64,000 nt of DNA. Origin: Escherichia phage L27. Positions 9,853 to 17,170 of the stretch are shown piece after piece. The stretch's first letter is position 1. Each line of letters starts with the position of its first letter. The notes beneath the pieces were generated by a model. The model saw nothing but the letters and a program-made list of their open reading frames with translations, made no database searches and had not been told where the DNA came from. The translations under genes were made by a program, and so were the position numbers. The stretch lies in the sequence record LC473039.1, one strand, 5' to 3'.

Positions 9853-9879
9853 AAAATAAAAAAGGCTCCCGAAGGAGCC
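9853..9879 (-). terminator. rho-independent terminator (minus strand)
   Basis: perfect hairpin ggctcc-cgaa-ggagcc with T-run on minus strand, downstream of the lysozyme gene. Confidence 0.8.
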
Positions 9880-9889
9880 TATGAAGATA

Positions 9890-10354
9890 TTACTTTGGAT
9901 ATACGCTGTCAAGATAAATGTCAGCTTCCATTCTACGTCTGTTTTTCAGGCCGTTTGAAGTGACCTTCTTACCTTTGACTGTAACCTTGTTCCACCACTG
10001 CATAGCTTCTGCACAACCGACCTTATTACCATCGTTGTGGCGCTTGATAAATGTAGAGTCCTGCATAGCTGTGATGCCAATGTTGTATGTTTCACTTACC
10101 AGTGCATCAAACTCATTCTGAGAAGTTGGAACCTTGACGGCTTTGTTCACTGCTGCAACGAACTTCTCAACATCTGCGAGAAGATACTGTTCAGCTTGTT
10201 CAGCGGTAATCTTCATACCCATCTTAACAGGCTTCCCACCAATACGAATTGTCCCATACCCAATTGTGGGGATTCCAGCAGAATCTTCGTAAGCCTCTAG
10301 CTTAAGACCTTCAAAGAACTTAATAGCTTCTAAACCTTTTCTTGAGAGTTGCAT
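9890..10354 (-). CDS. endolysin, lysozyme (GH24, P22 gp19/T4 e-like)
   Basis: 154 aa; N-terminal motif EGLKLEAYEDSAGIPTIGYG matches the lysozyme catalytic Glu/Asp/Thr region as recalled. Confidence 0.85.
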   Translation of the reverse strand: MQLSRKGLEAIKFFEGLKLEAYEDSAGIPTIGYGTIRIGGKPVKMGMKITAEQAEQYLLADVEKFVAAVNKAVKVPTSQNEFDALVSETYNIGITAMQDSTFIKRHNDGNKVGCAEAMQWWNKVTVKGKKVTSNGLKNRRRMEADIYLDSVYPK

Positions 10355-10986
10355 TAGCCCTCCCCTGCTGGGTTAACTGTAACTGTTGCTGCATTAGATG
10401 TTACAGAACCACCTACACCAGTAACTACACAAGTGTAGCTTCCTGCATCTGCTTGTAGAGCACCAGACTTGCTATAGGTAGCATTTGTAGCTGAAGGGAT
10501 GTCAGAGCCATCTTTCTTCCACTGATAACCTGTTGCACCTGTTGCAATAACGCTTAGGGTAAGTGTGCCACCTTCATTTACTGTTTGATTGGTTGGTTGC
10601 TGGGTGATTACTGGTGGCTTGATAGCATCCTTCAACTTAGCATTCAACATTGAGAATGGTTTAACTCTTGCCAGCCATTCACAATAAACTGTATCAACGT
10701 CTTTACCATTGATAATTGCATATTGTAAGTCCATGAAGAAGTCAGACGTTCTCATTTGAGCACCAACGCTGTAAAGCAACTCATCACTAAATGGAACTTT
10801 GTAGTCTGGTTTGTAGTCAAACTTCTTAACTTCTGCAATATCAGCTTCAGGCCAATACGAACTATAGGTAAGTGGTAAAATAGCCTCTTGATATGTTCTA
10901 AAATCATATCTCTTACCAGCCTTTACATTCGCAACGAAGCCCTTCACAAACTCTTTGAAGTCTGGGTAAGTCTTTGCTTTAATCAT
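10354..10986 (-). CDS. hypothetical protein with C-terminal Ig-like domain (210 aa)
   Basis: C-terminal about 90 aa has Ig-like pattern (TLTLSV...YQWKKDG...SYTCVVTG...TVTV); N-terminal domain is paralogous to 10983-11354. Confidence 0.6.
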   Translation of the reverse strand: MIKAKTYPDFKEFVKGFVANVKAGKRYDFRTYQEAILPLTYSSYWPEADIAEVKKFDYKPDYKVPFSDELLYSVGAQMRTSDFFMDLQYAIINGKDVDTVYCEWLARVKPFSMLNAKLKDAIKPPVITQQPTNQTVNEGGTLTLSVIATGATGYQWKKDGSDIPSATNATYSKSGALQADAGSYTCVVTGVGGSVTSNAATVTVNPAGEG

Positions 10987-11354
10987 TTCTTTTTAGCCTC
11001 TAAATGTGCGTTTAGTCTAAAATAACCTTTGTGATGCGGAGATACATCACCAACAACAATACCTTTAACCTTATAACCTTTACCAATTACATACTGGATA
11101 TCCATAAGGAATCTTCCAAGACCAACAATATGGAACATTGGGTATAATAGATTCTCAGAATCTGGAATATTGATTTCAGGTTTGTAGGTACACTGTTCGC
11201 TTGTTGGTGTAATATCTTCTTCAGGCCATTTGCTGAGTCTCCATGTCAAAGGTGTTGGGATAACATCATTAAGGTTGTACCTTTCACCATTTTTCACGGA
11301 ATTGATATAGGATTGTAGGAAGCAATAAAAGTCTTTTGCACTCTTAGCTTTCAT
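10983..11354 (-). CDS. hypothetical protein (123 aa), paralog of N-domain of preceding gene
   Basis: shared motifs (DF..F...VK.G.RY, WPE.DI, YKP, LLY, F.MD.QY.I..G). Confidence 0.55.
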   Translation of the reverse strand: MKAKSAKDFYCFLQSYINSVKNGERYNLNDVIPTPLTWRLSKWPEEDITPTSEQCTYKPEINIPDSENLLYPMFHIVGLGRFLMDIQYVIGKGYKVKGIVVGDVSPHHKGYFRLNAHLEAKKK

Positions 11355-11401
11355 TAAATATCCTTATAAATAGTTAAAGGGGCTGATGCCCCTATCCACA
11401 C

Positions 11402-11992
11402 TTAAGCTTTGGTCTTAAGTAGGTTCTTAAGTTTTTTAAGATTCATACTCTCATCAAACTTAAAACCAAATCCATTGACATAATCAATGAAATCGGATTT
11501 CTTACTGAGTGACAATGCGTAACTCATATCAAAGTTCTTACTTGTTTCTGCGTCTGGACTAGAGTTCACATCAAATGAAATTACTGTAGGCTCTTGCTTA
11601 CTTTTTCTCATATTATCAACCAACAAACATGTATAGTTTGCTGGATAGAAATTTACACTACCGTCAACGTAGCTGTACTTATTATTATGGATAAGATTGG
11701 AAAATACCTTAAGGAATGTTTCTGAGTCGTGGCAAACAAGTTTGAATTGGCTGCTCTCTCCAAGCGCAACTAATGAGTACGGACTTTCACTATCGAAGTC
11801 ATAGTTTGGATTCGATGTCGTCACTGTTACACGCATCAAGTTATTAGCAATAGTCTTCTGTTTAAAGGAATTTGGAACATAGTGAAGACCTCTATCACAC
11901 TGATTAACTAATTCTTTCAATAGGTCATTTGCATATGGTGAGTTAATTGATACAGAGCCATCACTATTGTAATTAAAACTTACTGTTAACAT
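11402..11992 (-). CDS. hypothetical protein (196 aa)
   Basis: ORF. Confidence 0.55.
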   Translation of the reverse strand: MLTVSFNYNSDGSVSINSPYANDLLKELVNQCDRGLHYVPNSFKQKTIANNLMRVTVTTSNPNYDFDSESPYSLVALGESSQFKLVCHDSETFLKVFSNLIHNNKYSYVDGSVNFYPANYTCLLVDNMRKSKQEPTVISFDVNSSPDAETSKNFDMSYALSLSKKSDFIDYVNGFGFKFDESMNLKKLKNLLKTKA

Positions 11993-12219
11993 TTTTCAGT
12001 TCTCCTGCGGTTTATAATTTTGCTGCAATAGAGAAACGAAGTAAACTCACTGGAAGAAACCATTAAGTGTTGTTCACTAGATTGAGCCATTGCCCTGAAA
12101 TACATTCCAGTCAAAGCATCATAGTGACTATTCTTTCCAATTGAGGTTATATAGCCATGACTCTTTGCAGTTTGATATAAATCTATAATATCTGCGATTT
12201 CTAATTGGGAACTACACAT
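11986..12219 (-). CDS. hypothetical protein (77 aa)
   Basis: ORF. Confidence 0.45.
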   Translation of the reverse strand: MCSSQLEIADIIDLYQTAKSHGYITSIGKNSHYDALTGMYFRAMAQSSEQHLMVSSSEFTSFLYCSKIINRRRTEKC

Positions 12220-12383
12220 AGATAATCCTCTTGTCTTCTGTAATTTTGAAAGAACAGGTACAGACCAATTTCAGAGGACGAATAGTAGATTAATTCTACC
12301 CTTTTTGATTCCTTACAGTGATTGGTATTCTTACCTTTCTTCGGTTTATTTGATTTTCTCATTAAGTCTCCTTTGTAGAACAA
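12201..12383 (-). CDS. hypothetical basic protein (60 aa)
   Basis: short ORF at head of minus-strand block. Confidence 0.35.
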   Translation of the reverse strand: MFYKGDLMRKSNKPKKGKNTNHCKESKRVELIYYSSSEIGLYLFFQNYRRQEDYLCVVPN

Positions 12384-12458
12384 GGCAGACCTACAGCTTT
12401 AAGTAAGATGGTACAGTAATCCATACAACAAGTCAAGAACTATTGCAAGTTAAAAAAG

Positions 12459-12502
12459 TTGTTGACAAAGCACTTGACAAGGTATAGGCTTATAAATACT
12501 TA
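12459..12502 (+). promoter_or_regulatory. divergent-region promoter motif with tandem TTGACA ('gttgacaaagcacttgacaaggtatagg')
   Basis: similar motif at 54403-54433 in the other divergent region; exact -10 uncertain. Confidence 0.4.
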
Positions 12503-12611
12503 GAAGATAACTTAAAAGGTTCCTCTAAAAAGGCTATTTAAACAGATATCTTTCTGGATATCTATCTTTTATCTTAAAAGCCTTTTAAGAGGTCTTATAA
12601 GAGGCATACCA

Positions 12612-12983
12612 ATGAAAAACAGAACAAACAAAGGCCAGTTTAAAAAAGGCCAGTCTGGAAACCCATCTGGAAGACCAAAAGGCTCTCGTAACAAAAGCTC
12701 ACTCGTAAAAGCTCAACTGACCATTGATAATTCTGCTGAGTTCGCTGCAAAGCTGTTTGAGGCGATTGTTACAAGGGACGCTGCTAAGCTTGCAGAGTTC
12801 GGTTTGACGACTGACGATGTAAACCTGAAGTCGATGATGGAAGCTGGTAAAACTATCATGACCCACTCAGCAGGTGAGATGAAAGCGATTGCAGCAGACA
12901 CTAAGAAGACCCCTGATAATGGTGGTCAACAACAGACAGATAACAAACCAACGTTCTCTGCTGTAGCGACTCTCAAAAAATAA
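12612..12983 (+). CDS. hypothetical basic protein (123 aa) with N-terminal KKGQSGNPSGRPKG motif
   Basis: ORF with RBS; first gene of operon with the vWA protein. Confidence 0.6.
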   Translation: MKNRTNKGQFKKGQSGNPSGRPKGSRNKSSLVKAQLTIDNSAEFAAKLFEAIVTRDAAKLAEFGLTTDDVNLKSMMEAGKTIMTHSAGEMKAIAADTKKTPDNGGQQQTDNKPTFSAVATLKK

Positions 12984-13063
12984 TTTTAAAAGGTGTTGAC
13001 AGACTCTACAAAGTTGCTCTAAAGTCTGTCACATCAAACAACAATGAGAGAAGAGAGTAAAAT

Positions 13064-14479
13064 ATGAGCGAGTTATTTAAACATGCGCACCTTCATGCAG
13101 GTCGAACTGAAAATGGTGCTGTAAACCATACTTCATCAATGTCTGCTCTGGTAGACTTCTACAAAGCCGCTGGCTCAAGCCGTAGCAATGTAGAAATCTT
13201 ACCAGACCTGTTCTACAAAGCTTTGCGTGAGGATGTTGATGTTGCAGTTCGTATTTTACTGCATATGCGAGATGTACGAGAAGGTATGGGTGAGCGTAAA
13301 GCTTTCCGAACTGTTTTACTTCAAGCGATTGAAGATAAGGTTTTAGAACCTACACAGGTTCTTCGCATTATGGATAAGATTGCAGAACTTGGTCGTTTTG
13401 ATGACTTCAAAATCTTCGTAGGTACTCGTTTCGAGACAGATGCCTTCAAACATTTAGAAGCAGCATTACTAGACCCTGCAACAGCAGGTTTAGCAGCTAA
13501 GTGGTTGCCACGAGTAAAACCACGCCACAAACAGTTTGTAAAACGTTTCTGTAAGTTTGCAAACTTAAGCGAGAAGGAGTATCGCACACTGCTATCTGCA
13601 CTGTCTGATACGGTTGAGCAAAAAATCTCTGCTAATGAGTTTGGTAAGATTGACTACAGCAAGATTCCTTCACTCGCTGCTGCACGTTACCAAAAGCTCT
13701 TTAACCGTAAAGATGGAGAGCGTTACAAAGCTTACATCGAATCATTATCAAAGGGTGAGGTTAAGATTAATGCTGGTGCTGTTTACCCATATGATGTGAT
13801 TAAATCTATTAAGTATGGTAATGCAGATGTTGCTAATGAGCAGTGGAAAGCACTTCCAAACTGGATGGCAGAAGGTGAAAACATCTTGTGTATGACTGAT
13901 GTTTCAAGCTCAATGTCTTGGGTGAATCTTGGTTCAATCACTGCCCTTGATATTGGTGTATCACTTGCCTTGTATGTAGCAGAACGCAATACAGGTTGCT
14001 TTAAAGATGAGTTAATGGTCTATTCAACAAACCCTCATTTCATTGAACTGAGTGGTGATTTACGAAACCGTCATCGTCAGGTAATGCGTCATGTTGAATA
14101 TGGTTCAACTAACTTACAAGCAGCTTTTGACCGTATTCTTGAGGTAGGTAAGAGAAACAACTTGACTCAGAAAGATATGCCAAGTAAGCTTATTATCTTC
14201 TCTGATATGGAGTTTAATCAGGTTGATGGTGCAAATGGTCGTACAAACTTTGAAGCAATTCAGAGTAAGTACAAAAAAGCTGGATACGAAATGCCACAAC
14301 TAGTATTCTGGTACTTAGCAAACCGTAATGGTACTTGCGAAGTATCTGTTAAGGATAATGGTGTAGCAATGGTATCAGGGTTCTCTCCAGCCACTTTAAA
14401 AGCTCTGCTTGGTGGTGAGAAGTTTGACCCAATCAGTGTAATGCTCAAAGCGGTAATGATTGACCGTTATATCTGGTAA
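13064..14479 (+). CDS. vWA-domain protein with MIDAS-like motif; candidate Ro60/TROVE-like (or DUF2828-like) RNA-binding protein (471 aa)
   Basis: DxSxS motif (DVSSSMS) about residue 280 followed by vWA-like pattern (IIFSDMEFN, VSGFSP); overall architecture resembles Ro60/Rsr as recalled, not searched. Confidence 0.5.
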   Translation: MSELFKHAHLHAGRTENGAVNHTSSMSALVDFYKAAGSSRSNVEILPDLFYKALREDVDVAVRILLHMRDVREGMGERKAFRTVLLQAIEDKVLEPTQVLRIMDKIAELGRFDDFKIFVGTRFETDAFKHLEAALLDPATAGLAAKWLPRVKPRHKQFVKRFCKFANLSEKEYRTLLSALSDTVEQKISANEFGKIDYSKIPSLAAARYQKLFNRKDGERYKAYIESLSKGEVKINAGAVYPYDVIKSIKYGNADVANEQWKALPNWMAEGENILCMTDVSSSMSWVNLGSITALDIGVSLALYVAERNTGCFKDELMVYSTNPHFIELSGDLRNRHRQVMRHVEYGSTNLQAAFDRILEVGKRNNLTQKDMPSKLIIFSDMEFNQVDGANGRTNFEAIQSKYKKAGYEMPQLVFWYLANRNGTCEVSVKDNGVAMVSGFSPATLKALLGGEKFDPISVMLKAVMIDRYIW

Positions 14480-14497
14480 AAAGTTTTAAAAAGGGTA

Positions 14498-14526
14498 TTG
14501 ACAATGTGTTTGATACCCTTTAATAT
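14498..14526 (+). promoter_or_regulatory. strong sigma70-like promoter (TTGACA-17-TAATAT) upstream of tRNA cluster
   Basis: consensus -35, 17-nt spacer, near-consensus -10. Confidence 0.7.
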
Positions 14527-14644
14527 GTTCTACATAGAAACGAAACGAGAGCTTTTCTAAGATACTGAAAAATATTTTAAAAAAGTTCTTGACAATCACT
14601 AAAAAATAATGTTAAAGTGGTTACATAGAGTTTGAAAAGTTTAT

Positions 14645-14721
14645 CTCTGTTTAGCTCAGCTTGGTAGAGCGTTCCGTTTGGGGCGGTAAGGCCGGAGGTT
14701 CAAGTCCTCCAACAGAGACCA
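14645..14721 (+). tRNA. tRNA-Pro (anticodon TGG)
   Basis: hand-folded cloverleaf; 7-bp acceptor ctctgtt/aacagag, T-loop ttcaagt, CCA encoded. Confidence 0.7.
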
Positions 14722-14728
14722 AATTAAT

Positions 14729-14806
14729 GTTCCAGTAGACAAAATGGTATAGTCACCACTCTTTCAAAGTGGATATTTGAGGGTTCAAATCCCTTCTGGA
14801 ACGCCA
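14729..14806 (+). tRNA. tRNA-Glu (anticodon TTC)
   Basis: acceptor gttccag/ctggaac, anticodon loop ctttcaa, CCA encoded. Confidence 0.7.
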
Positions 14807-14810
14807 GTTT

Positions 14811-14889
14811 TGACAGAAGACCAATTACAGCAAACTTAATCTTATTCATCTGAAGGTAAATCGGACAAAGAAGAGACTTGGTCTGGTCA
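14811..14889 (+). ncRNA. structured RNA-like element A (Y-RNA-like family)
   Basis: terminal helix tgac/gtca + AGAA/UG internal loop + GACCAA/TTGGTC helix; conserved 'tacagcaa' box. Confidence 0.5.
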
Positions 14890-14898
14890 TTAAGAATT

Positions 14899-14975
14899 GC
14901 GGGTATAGAGAAAGGGCGTCTCACATGTCTCATTAGCATGGTATCGGCAGGTTCGACTCCTGCACCCGCCTCCAA
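14899..14975 (+). tRNA. tRNA-Met-like (anticodon CAT), 1:72 unpaired
   Basis: anticodon loop ctcatta, T-arm gcagg/ttcgact/cctgc, CCA encoded; first acceptor pair mismatched. Confidence 0.6.
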
Positions 14976-14978
14976 ATT

Positions 14979-15049
14979 TACAGAAGACCGTTTACAGCAA
15001 AATTGAATGAAATTTTTAGCGGAAAAATTGAAAGATACGGTCTGGTAAT
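14979..15049 (+). ncRNA. structured RNA-like element B (Y-RNA-like family)
   Basis: terminal helix ttac/gtaa + AGAA/UG loop + GACCGT/ACGGTC helix. Confidence 0.5.
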
Positions 15050-15058
15050 ACTAAACAT

Positions 15059-15132
15059 GGTTAGGAAGCACATAAGGTATGTGCGGTCGCCTGTTAAGCG
15101 AATGGCACAGGGTTCGAATCCCTGACTAACCG
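15059..15132 (+). tRNA. tRNA-Asn (anticodon GTT)
   Basis: T-arm caggg/ttcgaat/ccctg, anticodon loop ctgttaa; CCA not encoded. Confidence 0.65.
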
Positions 15133-15144
15133 CAAAATTTAAAT

Positions 15145-15232
15145 GTGTCGTTATCCCGTAGATGGTAGCGGTGGGGACTGTAAATCCCTTGTCATTGAGA
15201 CTCGGTAGGTTCGACTCCTACACGGCACACCA
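15145..15232 (+). tRNA. tRNA-Tyr (anticodon GTA), long variable arm
   Basis: anticodon stem-loop gggga/ctgtaaa/tccct, T-arm gtagg/ttcgact/cctac, acceptor gtgtcgt/acggcac. Confidence 0.65.
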
Positions 15233-15254
15233 ACACTTAGCGAGATACTTAGTT

Positions 15255-15683
15255 ATGAGAGATGAAGTATACAAATCACAACTTGGTATGAGTTTGGGAA
15301 CTGCACAAAACAGACTAGTAAAAGATTTGCTATTCGATTTTATATGTAAGACAAATCAAAATAGATGTTTTCAGTGCGGAAAAGAAATGACTAGGGATGA
15401 TTTCTCTATCGAGCATAAGATTCCGTGGAGACATAGTGAGAATGCAAAAGAGCTTTTCTTTTCACTAGATAATATTTCTTATAGTCATCTTAAATGTAAC
15501 ATGAAAGCAGCAAGACCAGCACAGATAAGTGAAAGAAAACATAAAACAATTAAACACGGAACTGCGTATAGTTATTTTAAAGGCTGTAGATGCGATGAGT
15601 GTAGGTTGGCTAAGAATGCTGAGAGTAGAAGAAACTATAGTCCAGAAAGACGTAGGAAGAAGTATCTAAGAAATGGCACATGA
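15255..15683 (+). CDS. HNH homing endonuclease (142 aa)
   Basis: CFQCG...SIEHKIPW...N...H..CN HNH motif; basic C-terminus; embedded in tRNA cluster. Confidence 0.75.
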   Translation: MRDEVYKSQLGMSLGTAQNRLVKDLLFDFICKTNQNRCFQCGKEMTRDDFSIEHKIPWRHSENAKELFFSLDNISYSHLKCNMKAARPAQISERKHKTIKHGTAYSYFKGCRCDECRLAKNAESRRNYSPERRRKKYLRNGT

Positions 15684-15687
15684 ATTT

Positions 15688-15763
15688 GGGGTATTAGTTT
15701 AGACGGGTAAAATACGGGATTGTCTCTCCTGAGCCGCGAGTTCGATTCTCGCATACCTCGCCA
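15688..15763 (+). tRNA. tRNA-Asp (anticodon GTC)
   Basis: acceptor ggggtat/atacctc, anticodon loop ttgtctc, CCA encoded. Confidence 0.75.
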
Positions 15764-15821
15764 ATTTTGAGAGGGCTATTTAGCCCCTCCCTTAAAGGGT
15801 TCTTACGAGTATCTTTTAAAG

Positions 15822-15903
15822 GAGCAGAAGACCAAATACAGCAAGAACGTATGAAAATTTCAAGCCAATTTAATTTTGAAAAATTTAAAACTTGGTCTGG
15901 CTC
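15822..15903 (+). ncRNA. structured RNA-like element C (Y-RNA-like family)
   Basis: terminal helix gagc/gctc + AGAA/UG loop + GACCAA/TTGGTC helix. Confidence 0.5.
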
Positions 15904-15910
15904 AACAAAT

Positions 15911-16047
15911 TTACAGAAGACCGTTTACAGCAAAACTTAAACAATCTATTTCTCGGTAAAGAAAAGGCGAAGGTTCGATTCCTTCACTCGGCAGATGTCG
16001 AGTTGGTGTAATGGTAGCACTTAAGATGATAAACAACGGTCTGGTAA
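15911..16047 (+). ncRNA. structured RNA-like element D with circularly permuted tRNA-like module (candidate YrlA-type Y RNA)
   Basis: same terminal helices as A-C; interior has T-arm gaagg/ttcgatt/ccttc, then acceptor-3' actcggc, 4-nt linker, acceptor-5' gtcgagt (7-bp complement) and D-arm gtgt/aatggta/gcac. Confidence 0.5.
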
Positions 16048-16189
16048 TTATCTTTGTAGATAAGTTATTAAGCTTACCTGTGAGTATGCGACCACAAAGG
16101 GTGAAAGGGTAAATTCTAGATTTAAACCCAACAAGGCACATCGCTACAGACCTTAAGCAAGTCTGGGTAGCTTATCTACAAAGATAATT
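16046..16189 (+). ncRNA. structured element F bounded by a 19-bp perfect inverted repeat
   Basis: aattatctttgtagataag (16046-16064) is the exact reverse complement of 16171-16189; about 106-nt interior with internal hairpins. Confidence 0.45.
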
Positions 16190-16193
16190 TAAT

Positions 16194-16269
16194 GGAAGTG
16201 TAGCAGAATGGTGATGCGGTAGACTTTTAATCTGACAGGCGATGGGTTCGAATCCCTCCACTTCTACCA
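16194..16269 (+). tRNA. tRNA-Lys (anticodon TTT), atypical T-stem
   Basis: acceptor ggaagtg/cacttct, anticodon loop cttttaa; T-stem has A.C and U.U mismatches. Confidence 0.55.
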
Positions 16270-16273
16270 AAAT

Positions 16274-16350
16274 GGTTCAGTCGCAGATAAGGTAATGCAA
16301 GGGTCTCATAAGCCCTATGAATGTGGGTTCGATTCCCATCTGAACCTCCA
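16274..16350 (+). tRNA. tRNA-Met or Ile2 (anticodon CAT)
   Basis: acceptor ggttcag/ctgaacc perfect, anticodon loop ctcataa, CCA encoded. Confidence 0.7.
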
Positions 16351-16367
16351 ATTTATAGGTGATACTT

Positions 16368-16853
16368 ATGATTTGTGCCAACAAAGATTGCAGAAATGAA
16401 GCCGTTAAAGGTGGAAAATTTTGCTCACGCTCTTGTTCTGCAAAAGTGAACAACAAGAAACACCCAAAGAGAAGTCAGGAAGGCTCTTGCCATTCATGCG
16501 GAAAGGTAACGCCAAAAGCGAGAAAATACTGTGACGAATGTATTGCAGGTGGAGTCATGAAAAAACATAAGACCCATCATGAAAAAAGCAAAGCCAAATC
16601 ACTGCACGTTAAAAAGTCTCGTGACAGACTGAAGAAGGCTTTAGTTGATTACAAGGGTGGTTGTTGTTCAATTTGTGGTTACAATAGGTGCATAAAGGCT
16701 CTAGAGTTTCACCACTTAGACCCTAAGACAAAAGACTTCACAGTAAGTAAAAAACACTACTCACTGGCTACAATGCAGTCTGAAGTTGATAAGTGTGTCT
16801 TGCTTTGTGCAAATTGCCACAGAGAAGTACACGAAGGGGTAACAATGCTGTGA
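16368..16853 (+). CDS. HNH homing endonuclease (161 aa), Cys-rich N-terminus
   Basis: CSICGYN...LEFHHLDP...CANCHREVH HNH motif; stop codon lies inside the first bases of tRNA-Ile. Confidence 0.75.
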   Translation: MICANKDCRNEAVKGGKFCSRSCSAKVNNKKHPKRSQEGSCHSCGKVTPKARKYCDECIAGGVMKKHKTHHEKSKAKSLHVKKSRDRLKKALVDYKGGCCSICGYNRCIKALEFHHLDPKTKDFTVSKKHYSLATMQSEVDKCVLLCANCHREVHEGVTML

Positions 16854-16922
16854 AAGCACATATGGATGTGCATTCGGCTGATAACCGAAAGGCAGAAGGT
16901 TCAAATCCTTCTCACAGTACCA
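16847..16922 (+). tRNA. tRNA-Ile (anticodon GAT)
   Basis: clean cloverleaf: D-stem gcac/gtgc, anticodon stem ttcgg/ccgaa, T-stem gaagg/ccttc, CCA encoded. Confidence 0.8.
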
Positions 16923-16937
16923 ATTTCAATAAAGTTG

Positions 16938-16966
16938 TTGACATTGAGATGTGACTACTTTATAGT
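16938..16966 (+). promoter_or_regulatory. sigma70-like promoter (TTGACA-17-TATAGT) inside tRNA cluster
   Basis: consensus -35 and good -10 with 17-nt spacer. Confidence 0.65.
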
Positions 16967-17170
16967 AACCTTAGTTTTCGTTGCGTAGCGTCTATTTTGC
17001 AAATTTAAAATAAATGCAAACGACAATGTTTTTCTGGCAGTAGCTTGATAGGCTAAACACCAGTGAGGTCTTCCAATCCCTCATCAAAGAATTTGGCGTA
17101 CTCGCCCACGGTATGATTAATAAGGTGGGCATCTTTAAGGGCTTTCTAAGAGAGTCTTTAAAGATAATTA

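Noticed and set aside
15162-15254. Upstream in-frame extensions of the track ORFs at 15162 and 19303 that run across tRNA-Tyr, tRNA-Gln, tRNA-His and tRNA-Phe
   Set aside because: These upstream parts overlap well-formed tRNA genes on the same strand; the coding genes start at internal ATGs (15255 and 19519).
15911-16047. Element D as a conventional tRNA gene, or as a tRNA gene split by an intron
   Set aside because: The T-arm and acceptor 3' strand come before the acceptor 5' strand and D-arm, and no matching halves exist up- or downstream; a permuted tRNA-like module inside a conserved helix fits better.
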